Source: Podarcis cretensis
Lineage: Eukaryota
Direction of reading: 5' to 3'
Assembly: GCA_951804945.1 (NCBI GenBank)
Contig: OX638152.1
Span: 29,326,001-29,390,000, forward strand
Length of the DNA: 64,000 nucleotides
This document shows positions 40,030 to 50,789 of the stretch, one piece after another. The notes beneath the pieces are model-generated. The model did no database searches, had not been told where the DNA came from, and worked only from the letters and a program-made list of their open reading frames with translations. Numbering within the stretch: the stretch's first letter is position 1; each line of letters opens with the position of its first letter. A program made the translations under genes and the position numbers.

Positions 40030-41420
40030 CTCGCCGTTTCTTTCTGGAGACGCGGCGCGCGTGTTCCCCAGGCGTCACTCGCCCCGGGGCCCTTGGGCTG
40101 CGCGCTGCGAGCTCTGTGCGCCCTGGCGCCTCTCCGCCGCTCGGCCTGCCGCTTCTTCGGCTGGGCTGCTGGGGACGCCCAAGCGGGGATCCTCCGTCCA
40201 AGCCCCGGCGCGGCGGCTCGCCTCGGCCTGCCGCCCTTTGTTCTTCCGTCCGCCGAGGGACAACAAAGCGGACGGGCCTCCCTGGACCAGTCACGGCCGC
40301 CGGGGCCGGGCGGGCGCAGGTGGGAGCATCTGCAGCTCCGTGGCGCGATTTGGCACGGTCCCGGTGGACGTGGAAAGCGGCTCCTGGCTCCGCAGGGGCA
40401 GCGCTCAAGCTTGTGCCGATAAGTGGGTGGGGGTGGCGGGGTCTCACTTCTTTCCCCTGCTGTTTTGGACTTGGGAGTGTGGCGCTTCCCCCCTCCCCAA
40501 AGGGGTGGAATTGCTTGGATCGGCAGCGCCTGGCGCGCTCTCCGCGCTCTCCATCCCGTCCATGCCCGGTGCGCCGCATTATTGTTTTGGGGAGCCGTTT
40601 GGGAAGCGGAGCCAATGCCGCGCTGCTATCTCGGGGCCATATGGAGAAGCTGCACTATTTTGATTACGCCTGGTGTAAACATTTTAATGTCGGATCCTTA
40701 AAATCCAGAGCCTCTCCCAAAGGGGATTAGAACATAATCCTCTCGCTCTATAGCTGGAGTGGATTAATTTCGTATTCTCTCAGTGGCGGGTTTGCTCCCT
40801 GAAGGCTCGAACAAAAAGACTCCGCGCTCCTTAAATGTGCCGTGGTATTGGGACTTGTAATTGGAGATTTCCAAAGGACAAGTGTAAAAATGACACACTA
40901 TTAAGAAGGAGCGTTTCATTCGGTGCCTTTTCAGCGGGCGGGCGGGAGGGGGGCGCTTCAGAGGCTCCGAGTGAAATATGTGAAATGTTACACTCAGGTT
41001 ATGATGTGGGGGAGGGGCGCCAAGTGCCTTTGGATCCCTGTCCTTTTGCTAACCTCACCCAGAAGGCCCAATCCATCCCGCTGTAATGCCAAGGGACAAC
41101 TGGGAAGGGGGCATCTGCCACCTCCTCACTTGCGCTGTCCCTCCGCGTGTCCAGCGCAGATCGTCCTCCCTTGCTCGGAGAGCGCGCAGGTAGAAGCTGC
41201 TTGACCTTTGAGCAGTCGCCCCTGCCTTTGCCTGGCAGCTTGTGCGCTGGACGCGTTCCCGGATCCTATGATCTCCTCCTGCAGGCCCTTTTCGAAGGGG
41301 CTGGAGGAGCAGCCACCGTTCCAACGCCAATCCTACAAGCTGGACCCTGGCAACACGCCCTCTACTTTACTTTTTTTCTGCCTAAATTGGGAGAAAGTGC
41401 GCTACGCCGCGGGTAGGGCA
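40030..41420. promoter_or_regulatory. Orphan intronic CpG island with candidate enhancer core (40650-40940)
   Basis: Abrupt GC- and CpG-rich block with no repeat hallmarks; core has three K50-homeodomain GGATTA/TAATCC sites and a FOX-type TGTAAACA. Confidence 0.7.
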
Positions 41421-42389
41421 TATTTGCGAAGCAATAGCGGAAACTCCTAGCCAAGCCTAAGCCTGACCTCTCCTCTTCCTGTGTGCTAAAGCTAGCAGGG
41501 TACCTCAAGTGGTGGCAGCGAGGCGGATTTCGACCAGGGAGTGCTTTTTAAAATACACTCCAATGAAGCAGTCCAATTACGTAAAGTTTATTCAAGACAG
41601 TTATAAAAGCAAATTAAGAGGGAGGTCATCAGACAACAAAACAGTTTCTGGCTAAGCAGTCTAGTGCAGTCTAGTTTAGCCATGTCTTTTGCATCGTCTC
41701 TCCTTGCTCACCCTGAGAAAAGTGAAGTCTTCTTGGATATCTATTGACTATGCCATTAACCCTTTCGTTTCAGTAGAGGGGGTTGAGTTCTATAGGAATA
41801 GCCACTGAGACCAGTGCACCTCTGCACATAAGGAAAAGGTTGCAATTTTCACAGTTTTAACTCCAGAGATAAGACTCTGTTTTGATGTATTGTTTGAGGG
41901 GATAGGCTATCAGCACTGGGAATACCCTAGAAAGGTGAAAATTAAGAAGGATGCAGATTGTGGATTTAAGAAATCTTGGAAGGACATAATCTGATAAATC
42001 TCTTGATATGCCTTATAGTTATTCCAGCCAAATAGATACGGGGTTCTTCAAAGTGTGCAGGTCTGTAGAAAACATTGGTTATAAATCTAAGATAGTCAAC
42101 CTGGTACCCTTCAGATGTTGCTGCACTTCAACTCTCATCAGCCCCAGCCACAAGTCCAGTGGCCAGGAATCATGGGAGCTGTAATCTAACCATATCTTGA
42201 ATTTACCTCTAAGTGATAAGCAAATGTTCATTTGCTCTTATTGCTGAGTATATTGTTCATCGTTGTACTTTTTTCAAGCACTGAATTAAAAGCCTGATTT
42301 TAAAAAAATTGTTTAATTGTATTGTTTTGTGGGCTCACTATTAGATGCCACTATCTGGACTAATCCAGAGGTGTCTAGAGCACCATCTG

Positions 42390-43500
42390 CTCCAGTTTAC
42401 TTGGATGAGTTTAAATTGTTGCAGCCTGATGTTGACAAACTGCTTGGAAGTGGGTCTGACTGATCACTTGTCCTTTCAACTTTTGCCCATTGTGATGTAC
42501 GAGAATGAACCTGAGGGGTTTTAACAGCATAGGTCCAGGGAGTCGTGAATGCCATGTTGCAGGATGGGGTACCATTGGCTTTTAAAGATATAGTGTTGTG
42601 TCCTCTCCTTCAGAGAACCTTCCTGGACTTAGAACTGTTGAATAACTATTGTCCAATTGCTAACAATCCCTTTTAGGCACGATGCTCAAGTTTTTTGTGT
42701 CAGTTCAACTTACAGGTGTGCTTGGAAGAAGTGGATTACAGTCTGGGTTCAGGCCCAGTTATGGCACCAAAGCTGCCATGGTCGTCCTAGTGCTACCTTG
42801 TAGGCATTTGATACTGCACACCATAGCTTGGAGCAGTTTCATGGGTTGGAAATGGAGTCCCCTCTGCACCAGACTGCTGTTGTTTCACGCCTACCTTCAT
42901 GCTTCCAGAGACTTATCAATGTTGAACTATAACTTGACATCATAGAAGTTTGGTGACCCGCAGGGATCACTCTTGGTTCTCATGTTATTCAACATATGCG
43001 AAGCTGTTGGAGGATGTCATCAGGGGAGTTGGAGTGAGGTATCAGCTGATGACCTTGAACTCTATGTCGCTTTACCACCTGAATCAGAAAATGCAGTTCA
43101 GGTGCTTGATGTGGACCAATAAATTGAAATTTGATTCCAGACAAAATGGAGATGTTGTGTGTTGCAGGCTCTCACCTGTGGGAAGTGAGTAAACAACCTG
43201 TTCAGTTTGGAGTGGCACTGCCATAGAAATAACAGGTTTGAAGCTTAAAAATGCTCTTAGACCAAACGCTGCCACTGGAAGCTGGCTTTAGTAACTAGGA
43301 ATACTTATTTTTGGACAGAGATGGTCTGGCTCTAGTGCTGCATGCTCTGGTAACCTCAGGGCTGGACTACAGTACTGCATTATACATGAAGCCTGCATTA
43401 TACATGAACCCTTGAAGACTGTTCCAAAGCTACAGCAGTTGCAAAATGCAGCGGCCAGGGGGCTGGTAAGAATTCCTAGCTAGGCACAAATTACAGTAGT
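42390..43500 (+). mobile_element. Degenerate L2 LINE ORF2 (reverse transcriptase) remnant
   Basis: Broken translations QSGFRPSYGTKAAMVVL, PQGSLLVLMLFNIY, ADDLELY and HALVTSGLDYSTALY...PLKTVPKLQQLQNAAAR, typical of L2/CR1-clade RT and downstream motifs. Confidence 0.8.
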
Positions 43501-43838
43501 TCAGAGCATGGTTTCCCTAGTCGTTTTGTGTATTGTGGAATGAATCCCATCTGTAAACTGGGATAGTATGACTAACTGAGAAGTTGGTGTTCCATGTCAT
43601 TTTTCCAGAATATCATTTACAGCCCTGAAGAGGTATTGGAACTTGTTTTCTGAGCAGGTTTTGTGGCTTAATGCATGAAACCCATCTAGCTATGTGTGAC
43701 TGGTGGATATGGATAATTAGGCGAGCTCAGAAGTTAACATTCCAGAGCATTTACTCTGTTTATGACCCAGAGCAGGTAGTTCTGTGGAATATTTTTGTGG
43801 TTTATATTATATATGTGACTTGTGAATGTGATAGATCT

Positions 43839-44265
43839 GTTGTTGTTTAGTCGTTTAGTCGTGTCCGACTCTTCATGACCCCATGGTCCAGAGCACGCCA
43901 GGCACTCCTGTCTTCCACTGCCTCCCGCAGTTTGGTCAGGCTCATGTTTGTAGCTTCGAGAACACTGTCCAACCATCTCGTCCTCTGTCGTCCCCTTCCC
44001 CTTGTGCCCTCCATCTTTCCCAACATCAAGGTCTTTTCCAGGGAGTCTTCTCTTCTCATGAGGTGGCCAAAGTATTGGAGCCTCAGCTTCACGATCTGTC
44101 CTTCCAGTGAGCACTCAGGGCTGATTTCCTTAAGAATGGATACGTTTGATCTTTTTGCGGTCCATGGGACTCTCAAGAGTCTCCTCCAGCACCATAATTC
44201 AAAAGCATCAATTCTTCGGCGATCAGCCTTCTTGATGGTCCAGCTCTCACTTCCATACATCACTA
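43839..44265 (-). mobile_element. 5'-truncated Bov-B (RTE clade) LINE
   Basis: Uninterrupted 138-aa C-terminal ORF MYGSESWTIKKADRRRIDAFELWCWRRLLRVPWTA...WRALDHGVMKSRTRLND; (CAA)n tail; 11-bp TSD gtgatagatct (43828-43838, 44266-44276). Confidence 0.95.
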
Positions 44266-44463
44266 GTGATAGATCTAGTTAGCTCTGAAGTTGTTGTGCC
44301 CTGGCCATTCCTCTCTTACAGATGGGTTCTGGTTGCGAAGGGGTTAATACATAATATTTGAAGGGTTTCCATTCTAAAATATTATGTCTAACGCAACTTC
44401 CCGGTTTGGGCATTCCACCATGTTCCATAGGAAAGGGACCATAAACCAACAGTAAGGAAAGTA

Positions 44464-44602
44464 TCACTTGGTAGAGCATGAGACTCTTAATGTCAGGGTT
44501 GTGGGTTTGAGTCCCATGTTGGGCAAAGTATTCCTGCATCCCAGGGGATTAGCCTAGATGACTCCGTGGTCCCTTCCAACTTTACAATTCCATGATTCTA
44601 TG
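44464..44602 (+). mobile_element. tRNA-Lys-derived SINE with CR1 3' tail (POM/Squam2-like)
   Basis: ggtagagcatgagactcttaatgtcagggttgtgggtttgagtcccatgttgggc resembles tRNA-Lys(CUU); ends ggtcccttccaac...catgattctatg (CR1 tail). Confidence 0.8.
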
Positions 44603-45219
44603 TGGATTTCCCTTACTGGACTCTTCCCTACCACCCCACCCAGCAAGAGAGGGCCAAGCAAACAAGTGGAGTGGTGGTTGCTCTTGCCACCTCTCCCTGG
44701 GTGGCCCTCCAGGGCCCAGTCCCCACTCTCCAGCAGACCGGGGCGGGGGGGGGGGGTAAATGAGAGAGGTACAGACGTTCTTGCAAAGGGCAGCCACCAT
44801 CTTTTATTGCACTTTCTTCAGGTGCCACCACTGGGCCAAATGTCTTTCCCCTGCATGAGCCAGATAAGAGATGGTCAGTGATCAAAGCAAGGAAGTAGCT
44901 CCTTGCAGCCACCGCTCAGTCACCCACTTTTTGTTGGGGAGCAGGAAGCAGCTGCCTTCTGGTTCGGGGGGGGGGGGATGGCAGAAGCAATGGGCTGGCG
45001 AAGCCCAAAGCAAGGGGTGGTGGCTGGGTAAAAGGACCAGTACTTAACACACCACCCCCAGACACAAGGGCCCTGAGTGCTGACTCTGCTTTCCATCTCT
45101 GATACCTCCTCGCTGGGATAATATCAAGGCTTGCTTACTTACATGGGTTTTGATAACGAACTAATCAGGAATATTCATGCTGCTAAGTAACACCCCCCCC
45201 CACCGCTTTCTTCCATTTC

Positions 45220-46700
45220 GCGGGAGAAAAAAAGTTAATGGAAACATCTTGTGATCCTTCGAAACGCCGCTGGTTTGAGTGGTAGCTGTTTTTGCCTAGT
45301 TCAGGCTCGTATAGGATTTCACAAGGTCGTTTGTTCAGAGCGCTTGGAAGTGTGAGGGGTTCCTCGCAGGCCTTTTGCTCGGAAATCTCCGCGATGCACT
45401 TATTTCCAGCAGCCATTCTGAAAATTAAACCCGGCTCGCCCCTGTCATTCTCCCTTGCGCACCCACGCCCCGCACACAAAAGATTTAGGCATTCTCTCTC
45501 TCTCTCTCTCGATGAAGAAAAAGATTTCTTGTTATAGTCTCTGGCCTCCTGACCGCGAACTACCAGCCACTTCCTTTTTATTTTGCCCATATAACAAGCG
45601 GGGAGCCGGGAGGTAATTGGGTTAACTACCTGATCTTCCTTCTGGGAGCGCGCAAGGCCCACTAAACGCCGCCTTATCATGATCGACTATCACGCGGCTC
45701 CCCAACTGCATCATCTTTAAGGGACTTTTTTTTTATTTTTCTCGCCGAGGCCTGTAAAGCCCCGGCGCTCGGGTGGCGAGGAAGGGTTAAAGGCAGACGG
45801 GGGCGGGGAGAGGAGAGGGGCCGGGGTGGCGATCGCAGAGGGGCGGAGAGAAGCAGCAGCAGCAGCAGCAGCAGGGCCCGGGAGCTGCTGCTGCTGCTGC
45901 TGCCGTCTGGAGAGCTCGGCCTGCCATTACGCACAAAGGCGAGGGGCCTGGGGAATCGAAACCCAAATCCACTTGTAATCGCACGAGAGAATCGCGCGTA
46001 ATTACTCGAGCGACCGAGATTAAGATTGATGAGCCTTTAAAGCGCCGTTTCGGATCGATCCGCTGCCCTAAGCAGGAGCCCCGCCGGCCCGGAGGGCGGC
46101 CCGCTTGCCGGCCCGCTTGCTCGCTCGCTCGCTCGCCGAGCGCCACTGGCGCTGTCCGGCCGGAGGGGGAGGCGGCAGGGAGGACGGAGCAAGGGCGATG
46201 CCCAAGCCCCGCGCGTATGGTCCGCATCAGCTGACCGGGGTGAAGAGGCCAGGCTGGCCTATTAGGCGCGGGGAAAACAAGAAAATGAACGAAAATAGAG
46301 TTTGTCTCCATATTATCCAGCCCCTGGTGGGCTGGCTTGAGAGCTGTCAGAGGCGGGAAGCCGAGCGTTGCCTAGGGCTGGGTGGAGAGGAGGGAAGGAG
46401 GCGATGCTTGGAAGGGAGGGAAGTTAGCGCTGAAATGAGGCCTGCCCCGCTCTCCGTCAGGCCGAGAGACGGGCTGAGGCCGGGCTAAGTGGCGGGTAGG
46501 AAGGGGATCCGTAGAGGCAGGAGACTGGGCCCTGGAGGAGGGCAGAGCTTGGCAGCTCAAATGGTGGTCGGACCGAGCGCCAGCCAGCCAGCCAGCCAGC
46601 CAGCCCCTACCTCAGCTGCCTTCCCCACAGAAAAGAATCCGGGGAAAGGCTGCTGGAGAGACACCAGAAACCAAATCCGACCGAGCACAACATTTCACAC
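45220..46700. promoter_or_regulatory. Intronic CpG island with TAAT-rich candidate enhancer blocks
   Basis: High CpG density; blocks such as gaggtaattgggttaactacc and tgtaatcgc...cgtaattac...gagattaagattgatg; includes the (CAG)7/(CTG)6 inverted repeat. Confidence 0.7.
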
Positions 46701-46983
46701 ACACACGGAATCAACAGTCTCAGCACCTAAAGGAAAAAAACAACAACAACACCAGCAGCCAGATAATACTATGCCTTATTATTTCCCAGTTTCTAAAATG
46801 TGGCATCAGTGTATTGCATTTCATGTTATTTGAATAGATGTCTCGGTTTATTTATCCATATTGGCTCAATATCCCATTATTCCATGCATTTATTTTTATG
46901 CGATCTGCATAGATCTCGAGATGGAATTTCCAGTAAGGATCCGGATGGGAAGTCTCCTTAGAGTCAATGTAATAAAGGTCCGC

Positions 46984-47060
46984 AAACAGCAAAGAGCCTT
47001 ATGGCACCTTAAATGTTAACACATTTATTATGGCATAAGCTTGTCAGACCATCAGATGCC
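46984..47060. mobile_element. Penelope-like element terminal fragment (degraded)
   Basis: aaagagccttatggcaccttaaatgttaacacatttattatggcataagctt matches a reptile PLE-associated terminal repeat that I recognise; second copy at 62803-62890. Confidence 0.5.
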
Positions 47061-48029
47061 TGGTTCCTATTACTGGTCCTCCTGCTCTGAGGAGCCCCAT
47101 GGCGCTTGGCTCTAAGGTTGCCGTCGCCAGGACCCTAACTAGGCAGCCTGACTCGCCGAATACAGCCGGATCCGCCTCCCGAGGAAACCTCCAGAGGATT
47201 GCGTTGCACAGTACTAGAAATGCCCAAATAATTTCGGGGTTTTCTTGCAGGTTTGAGCTACGATTCTGTGCACATTTACTTGGGACTAAATCCCGATGAA
47301 TTCTGTAGAATATACATGCGTGTAAGCAAGTTAGAATAACTCTGAATATTTTTGTTTTGAAGTAATTATGCTCTCAGCATTAACATTTCAATAAATTTCA
47401 GAGGGAGAGAGATTGTTTCTGGCGTCTTTGCGGAGACAAATCGTTTTCTTTATAACAACTGTTTGTTTCACAATAAAGGCTGCACTTTATTTTACACACA
47501 CATACACATTTTCTTCACACAGAGAGCCCTCGTCTGGCATCTGATGTCTCGCAGATAGTTTTATGATGTAGAAAACACTGCATTGCCTAACGTCCAGAAT
47601 AATAAAAAAGAAGTAAAACATATTCGATATGTGTGGTGCATAATTTGTATTGTAATTTTATGACTAGATACAGGAAGCGTAACTCTAAATGTATTTTATT
47701 GGAAGCCCCTCTGATTTTTATTCCGTGACACTGCTTTTCTAAATATTCGCTGCCCGTCTTAGGCTGCTCTTCATACACACGTGCAAACCGGTGAATTTAC
47801 TGAACTGAGTGGGACCTGCACTCGACCTTTATGGGATCGGGCTTCGAGATAGGAAGAGAGGGGCTATTTTCATCAGCGGGCTGTGATCCCCCCACCCGAA
47901 CCCCGCTAGTATTCTCAAATCAATCTTCCTAAACACAACCTAGTTCTTGGGTGTTGTTTAGTTTGAAAGACCTATAAAGTGGCCTGCTGTTCCCTTGACC
48001 ATGCTTTGAGGTTCAGGCATACACAGCGT

Positions 48030-49400
48030 CCCGCTTCCTGAAGCCTAGGTGTCCCGGCAGCGCTCCGTAGGCATCCTTCGCCTGAGTCCGACGGCTTCCT
48101 CGCTCGGCTCTGCTGTCGTCGGGCAAAGCAGCCGGCCTCTCTTTCGCAGCCTCCTCACGCCGCTCCGTCTTGTCTTGCAGGCCCCGTGGTCCTCAGCACG
48201 CCGGCCCAGCTCATCGCGCCGGTGGTAGTGGCCAAGGGCACCCTCTCCATCACCACCACCGAGATCTACTTCGAGGTAGACGAGGAAGACCCGGCCTTCA
48301 AGAAGATCGACCCTAAAGTGAGTACAGGACCCAAGTTGGGGGGTTGGGGTTGGGGGGAGGAGGGGGAGGTTTCCCATAACCATGAATTGAGGAATGCTCC
48401 CAAGTGCCTGGAAGCGCCCCCCTTCGTCTGACTCCGTGGCTGTTTTATTTAAGAGCGCAGCGCGTTAATGATGTAAAATCCGCTCTTACTCCCGCGCTCG
48501 CTTTTTAACAAATCCCCCCCCCCCGCACTTCCCCCCGAAGGCCTTTGTATGAACGTGGGCAGATTTAGCAGTTAAGCCAATTGCTCGGAAATCCCTCGAG
48601 GTAATGGCGGGCCCGCACTCCAGCCTCTTTCCTCGGGCACCCGCGGCAGAGAAGGAGGCGCGCTCCCTCTCCGTCTGCCTTCGACGCAGTCCCCAGGGAC
48701 TGGAGCTTCCGCCTCTGCGCGGGTGCGCGTTGCAGGGGCGCGCGGAGCAGCAATTGCACAGCCCGGGCCTGTAGGAACTAGCAAGGTTGGGGTGCGCAAA
48801 GACAGAATCTCTCCCGAAGACCCCTGGAGCAAGGAGATAGAGCGGAGATTTGCCTTGTTACAGAATTCAAAAGTTCACGTCCATGTCGTTTTCCTTCTCT
48901 CCGGATCTATAGTGATATTGTTATTTTAATTTCACTTTCGTAGCCTTGTGTAAATACACACTATTGTGGCCTCAATGTCGAGGCCATCCGTCTGTTGCCC
49001 GCCTGCCAACCTTGACAGGAAGAATTAAAAGTGTCTTCCGGGTTTTAAAACACACACGCAAGCAAAGCAAAGCAAAACAAAACAAAACATGGAGTTGGGT
49101 AACATGGCGAGTCTAACGGTTTTGCTGCAGCGCATCCAAGCGCGGGCAGAGCGCAGCTGAAGTTTGAAACAGTATCACCTGGGCAGATCTTGAGCACATT
49201 GTTGCACCCCCTCAATGCTTGCCGGCATATTTGCCCTTTGGCTGAATCACGGTTTGCATCAGGAAGGAACTGCCTGCTGCGCTCTCGGCAAGGGCAGGAC
49301 GGGGCTTCTGGCGGAGGCGGCTCCTTTGCTCCGGCGGGGCCTCCGGAGAGGCCGGCGCTCGATTTCCCCAAACACAACTGGCGGCGGCTTTATGGCCAGG
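48030..49400. promoter_or_regulatory. CpG island overlapping the NBEA exon and the region downstream of MAB21L1
   Basis: CpG-rich, repeat-free sequence around exon 48181-48317. Confidence 0.7.
48181..48317 (+). CDS. NBEA: Neurobeachin internal coding exon (137 nt), start of the PH-like domain before BEACH
   Basis: Acceptor cttgtcttgcag, donor AAA|gtgagt. Encodes (G)[45 protein letters not shown]; phase 1-0. Confidence 0.96.
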
Positions 49401-49886
49401 CTGGTGATGTTTAGGGCAAAGGTAGCAACATGCTTTACCTGCCGATTGTTGGCTTGACCCCCGCAAATCTCTGAACGTTGCAGTTTCCCCCTCCCTTCTC
49501 TCCAAGTGCTGTTAATTTTGTTACAAACTAGGCTCACTTGGGTAATGCGTGCCTTCAGCTTGGTTCAAAACCGGACAGCCGCGTTAGCCTGGCCCACTAA
49601 ATCTTTTGAGAAGTAGATTTATTTCCTGAGGGTTGTAAAAATGTTACTCGCTTAATTGCCACACACCAGAGTGTGACCGATGTCGATGGCCTTCAGGACC
49701 CCATTTTTTTAGGGTAGGCTACACCGATTTTTATCTTCATTTTAAATTATGCTACTTTTAACAGGCCGTCAAGGGCTTCAGACCCGCTTTACACCGCCCC
49801 TCCCGGCCCCCCAAAAAGAGAGAATGTAGCAGACTGAGGGCTTGCACAAACCCAGATGGAATCCAGCACTGAAACTCTTAAGCATA

Positions 49887-49907
49887 TTTATTTTACTTTT
49901 ATTTATT
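49887..49907 (-). terminator. MAB21L1: Clustered polyadenylation signals of MAB21L1
   Basis: Three AATAAA on the minus strand (+ tttatt at 49887-49892, 49898-49903, 49902-49907) at the end of an AT-rich 3' UTR, with GU-rich ctgggtttgtgc downstream. Confidence 0.65.
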
Positions 49908-50789
49908 AGCTTGTAATTAAATAAAATCAGCAACAGAAATTTAAATCACAAAAAGTAATTATCCAGTGTATTTCAAGTGCATTTTTCCAATATATAATTC
50001 CAATATTCACAATTATATAAGCAAAATCCAAATTTCTTCTGAATATATTTAAATAACATTTCAAGTATATTTATGGAATGGTAGAAATAGAACAAGCAAT
50101 ATATTTGAAACAAAAAAAATGTAAACTTTTTTTTTTAGCTTAGACACTTCAAAAGACAAGTAACAAAAGTACCATGATAAAATCTACCTTTTTTTAAGCG
50201 GTATCTTCTTGAGCAGAAAATGTCCTGAAGTATCCAAAATGGCAATTTAACTTCTTTTCACCAAATCACAAAACACTAACACCCACAATTTCAAAGACAA
50301 TGTGAGATCACAATATTCCATACAAATTTTTTTAAAAAATGTACAGGGGAAGAGTTGGAACAGTTGTGGTTTGTTTTGTTTCTTTTCCTATCTAACGGTT
50401 GTGGTTATTTGGGTGGCATCTTCAGATTCTCTCTTACTCGCACAAAAATCCCGGCCTCGTTATAATCCATTGGTCTGGTTTCTAGGCGGAGTGGTCACAA
50501 TCAGGCTAAAAACGGCAGCCAATATTGCATTTCCCCTGGTGATAATCATACACGGTTTCGTTTTGTTTTGTTTTCCGGGCAGGCTTTTAAAACCGGGATA
50601 CCGGCAAGAGTCATAATACTTGCAGTTGCCTTGGTGTGCGTGTGCGCGCAGGCGGGCAGCCTCTTCCCCGAAGGCAGGGCGACGTTTGCCCCGTAAAACC
50701 CAGCAGAATCCTCCGAAGAGAAAGGCAGTTTTTTCTTTTCTTTTCGCGGGGGAGAGAAGAATAGCGTCGGGCCGCCGCTGGCTGGCCCT
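49908..50789 (-). other. MAB21L1: Probable MAB21L1 3' UTR
   Basis: Between the TAG stop and the poly(A) signal cluster; distal half is very AU-rich with several AUUUA pentamers. Confidence 0.6.

Noticed and set aside
39946-41450. Overlapping 150-240-aa ORFs in the CpG islands (also 45.2-46.8, 52.5-53.2 and 54.4-55.1 kb)
   Set aside because: Expected in GC-rich DNA; present in several frames at once, low complexity, with no splice or homology support.
43847-44263. 138-aa ORF as a host gene
   Set aside because: It is the C-terminus of Bov-B ORF in a truncated copy bounded by a TSD.
44464-44525. Functional tRNA-Lys gene
   Set aside because: Acceptor stem and B box are mutated and the sequence continues into a CR1 tail, so it is a SINE head. 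The same reasoning applies to the heads at 14638, 23435 and 59780.
46984-47060. Active hammerhead ribozyme in the Penelope-like fragments (also 62803-62890) or in the 58-bp repeats at 3769
   Set aside because: The CUGANGA and GAAA core with stem II is incomplete or deleted in every case.
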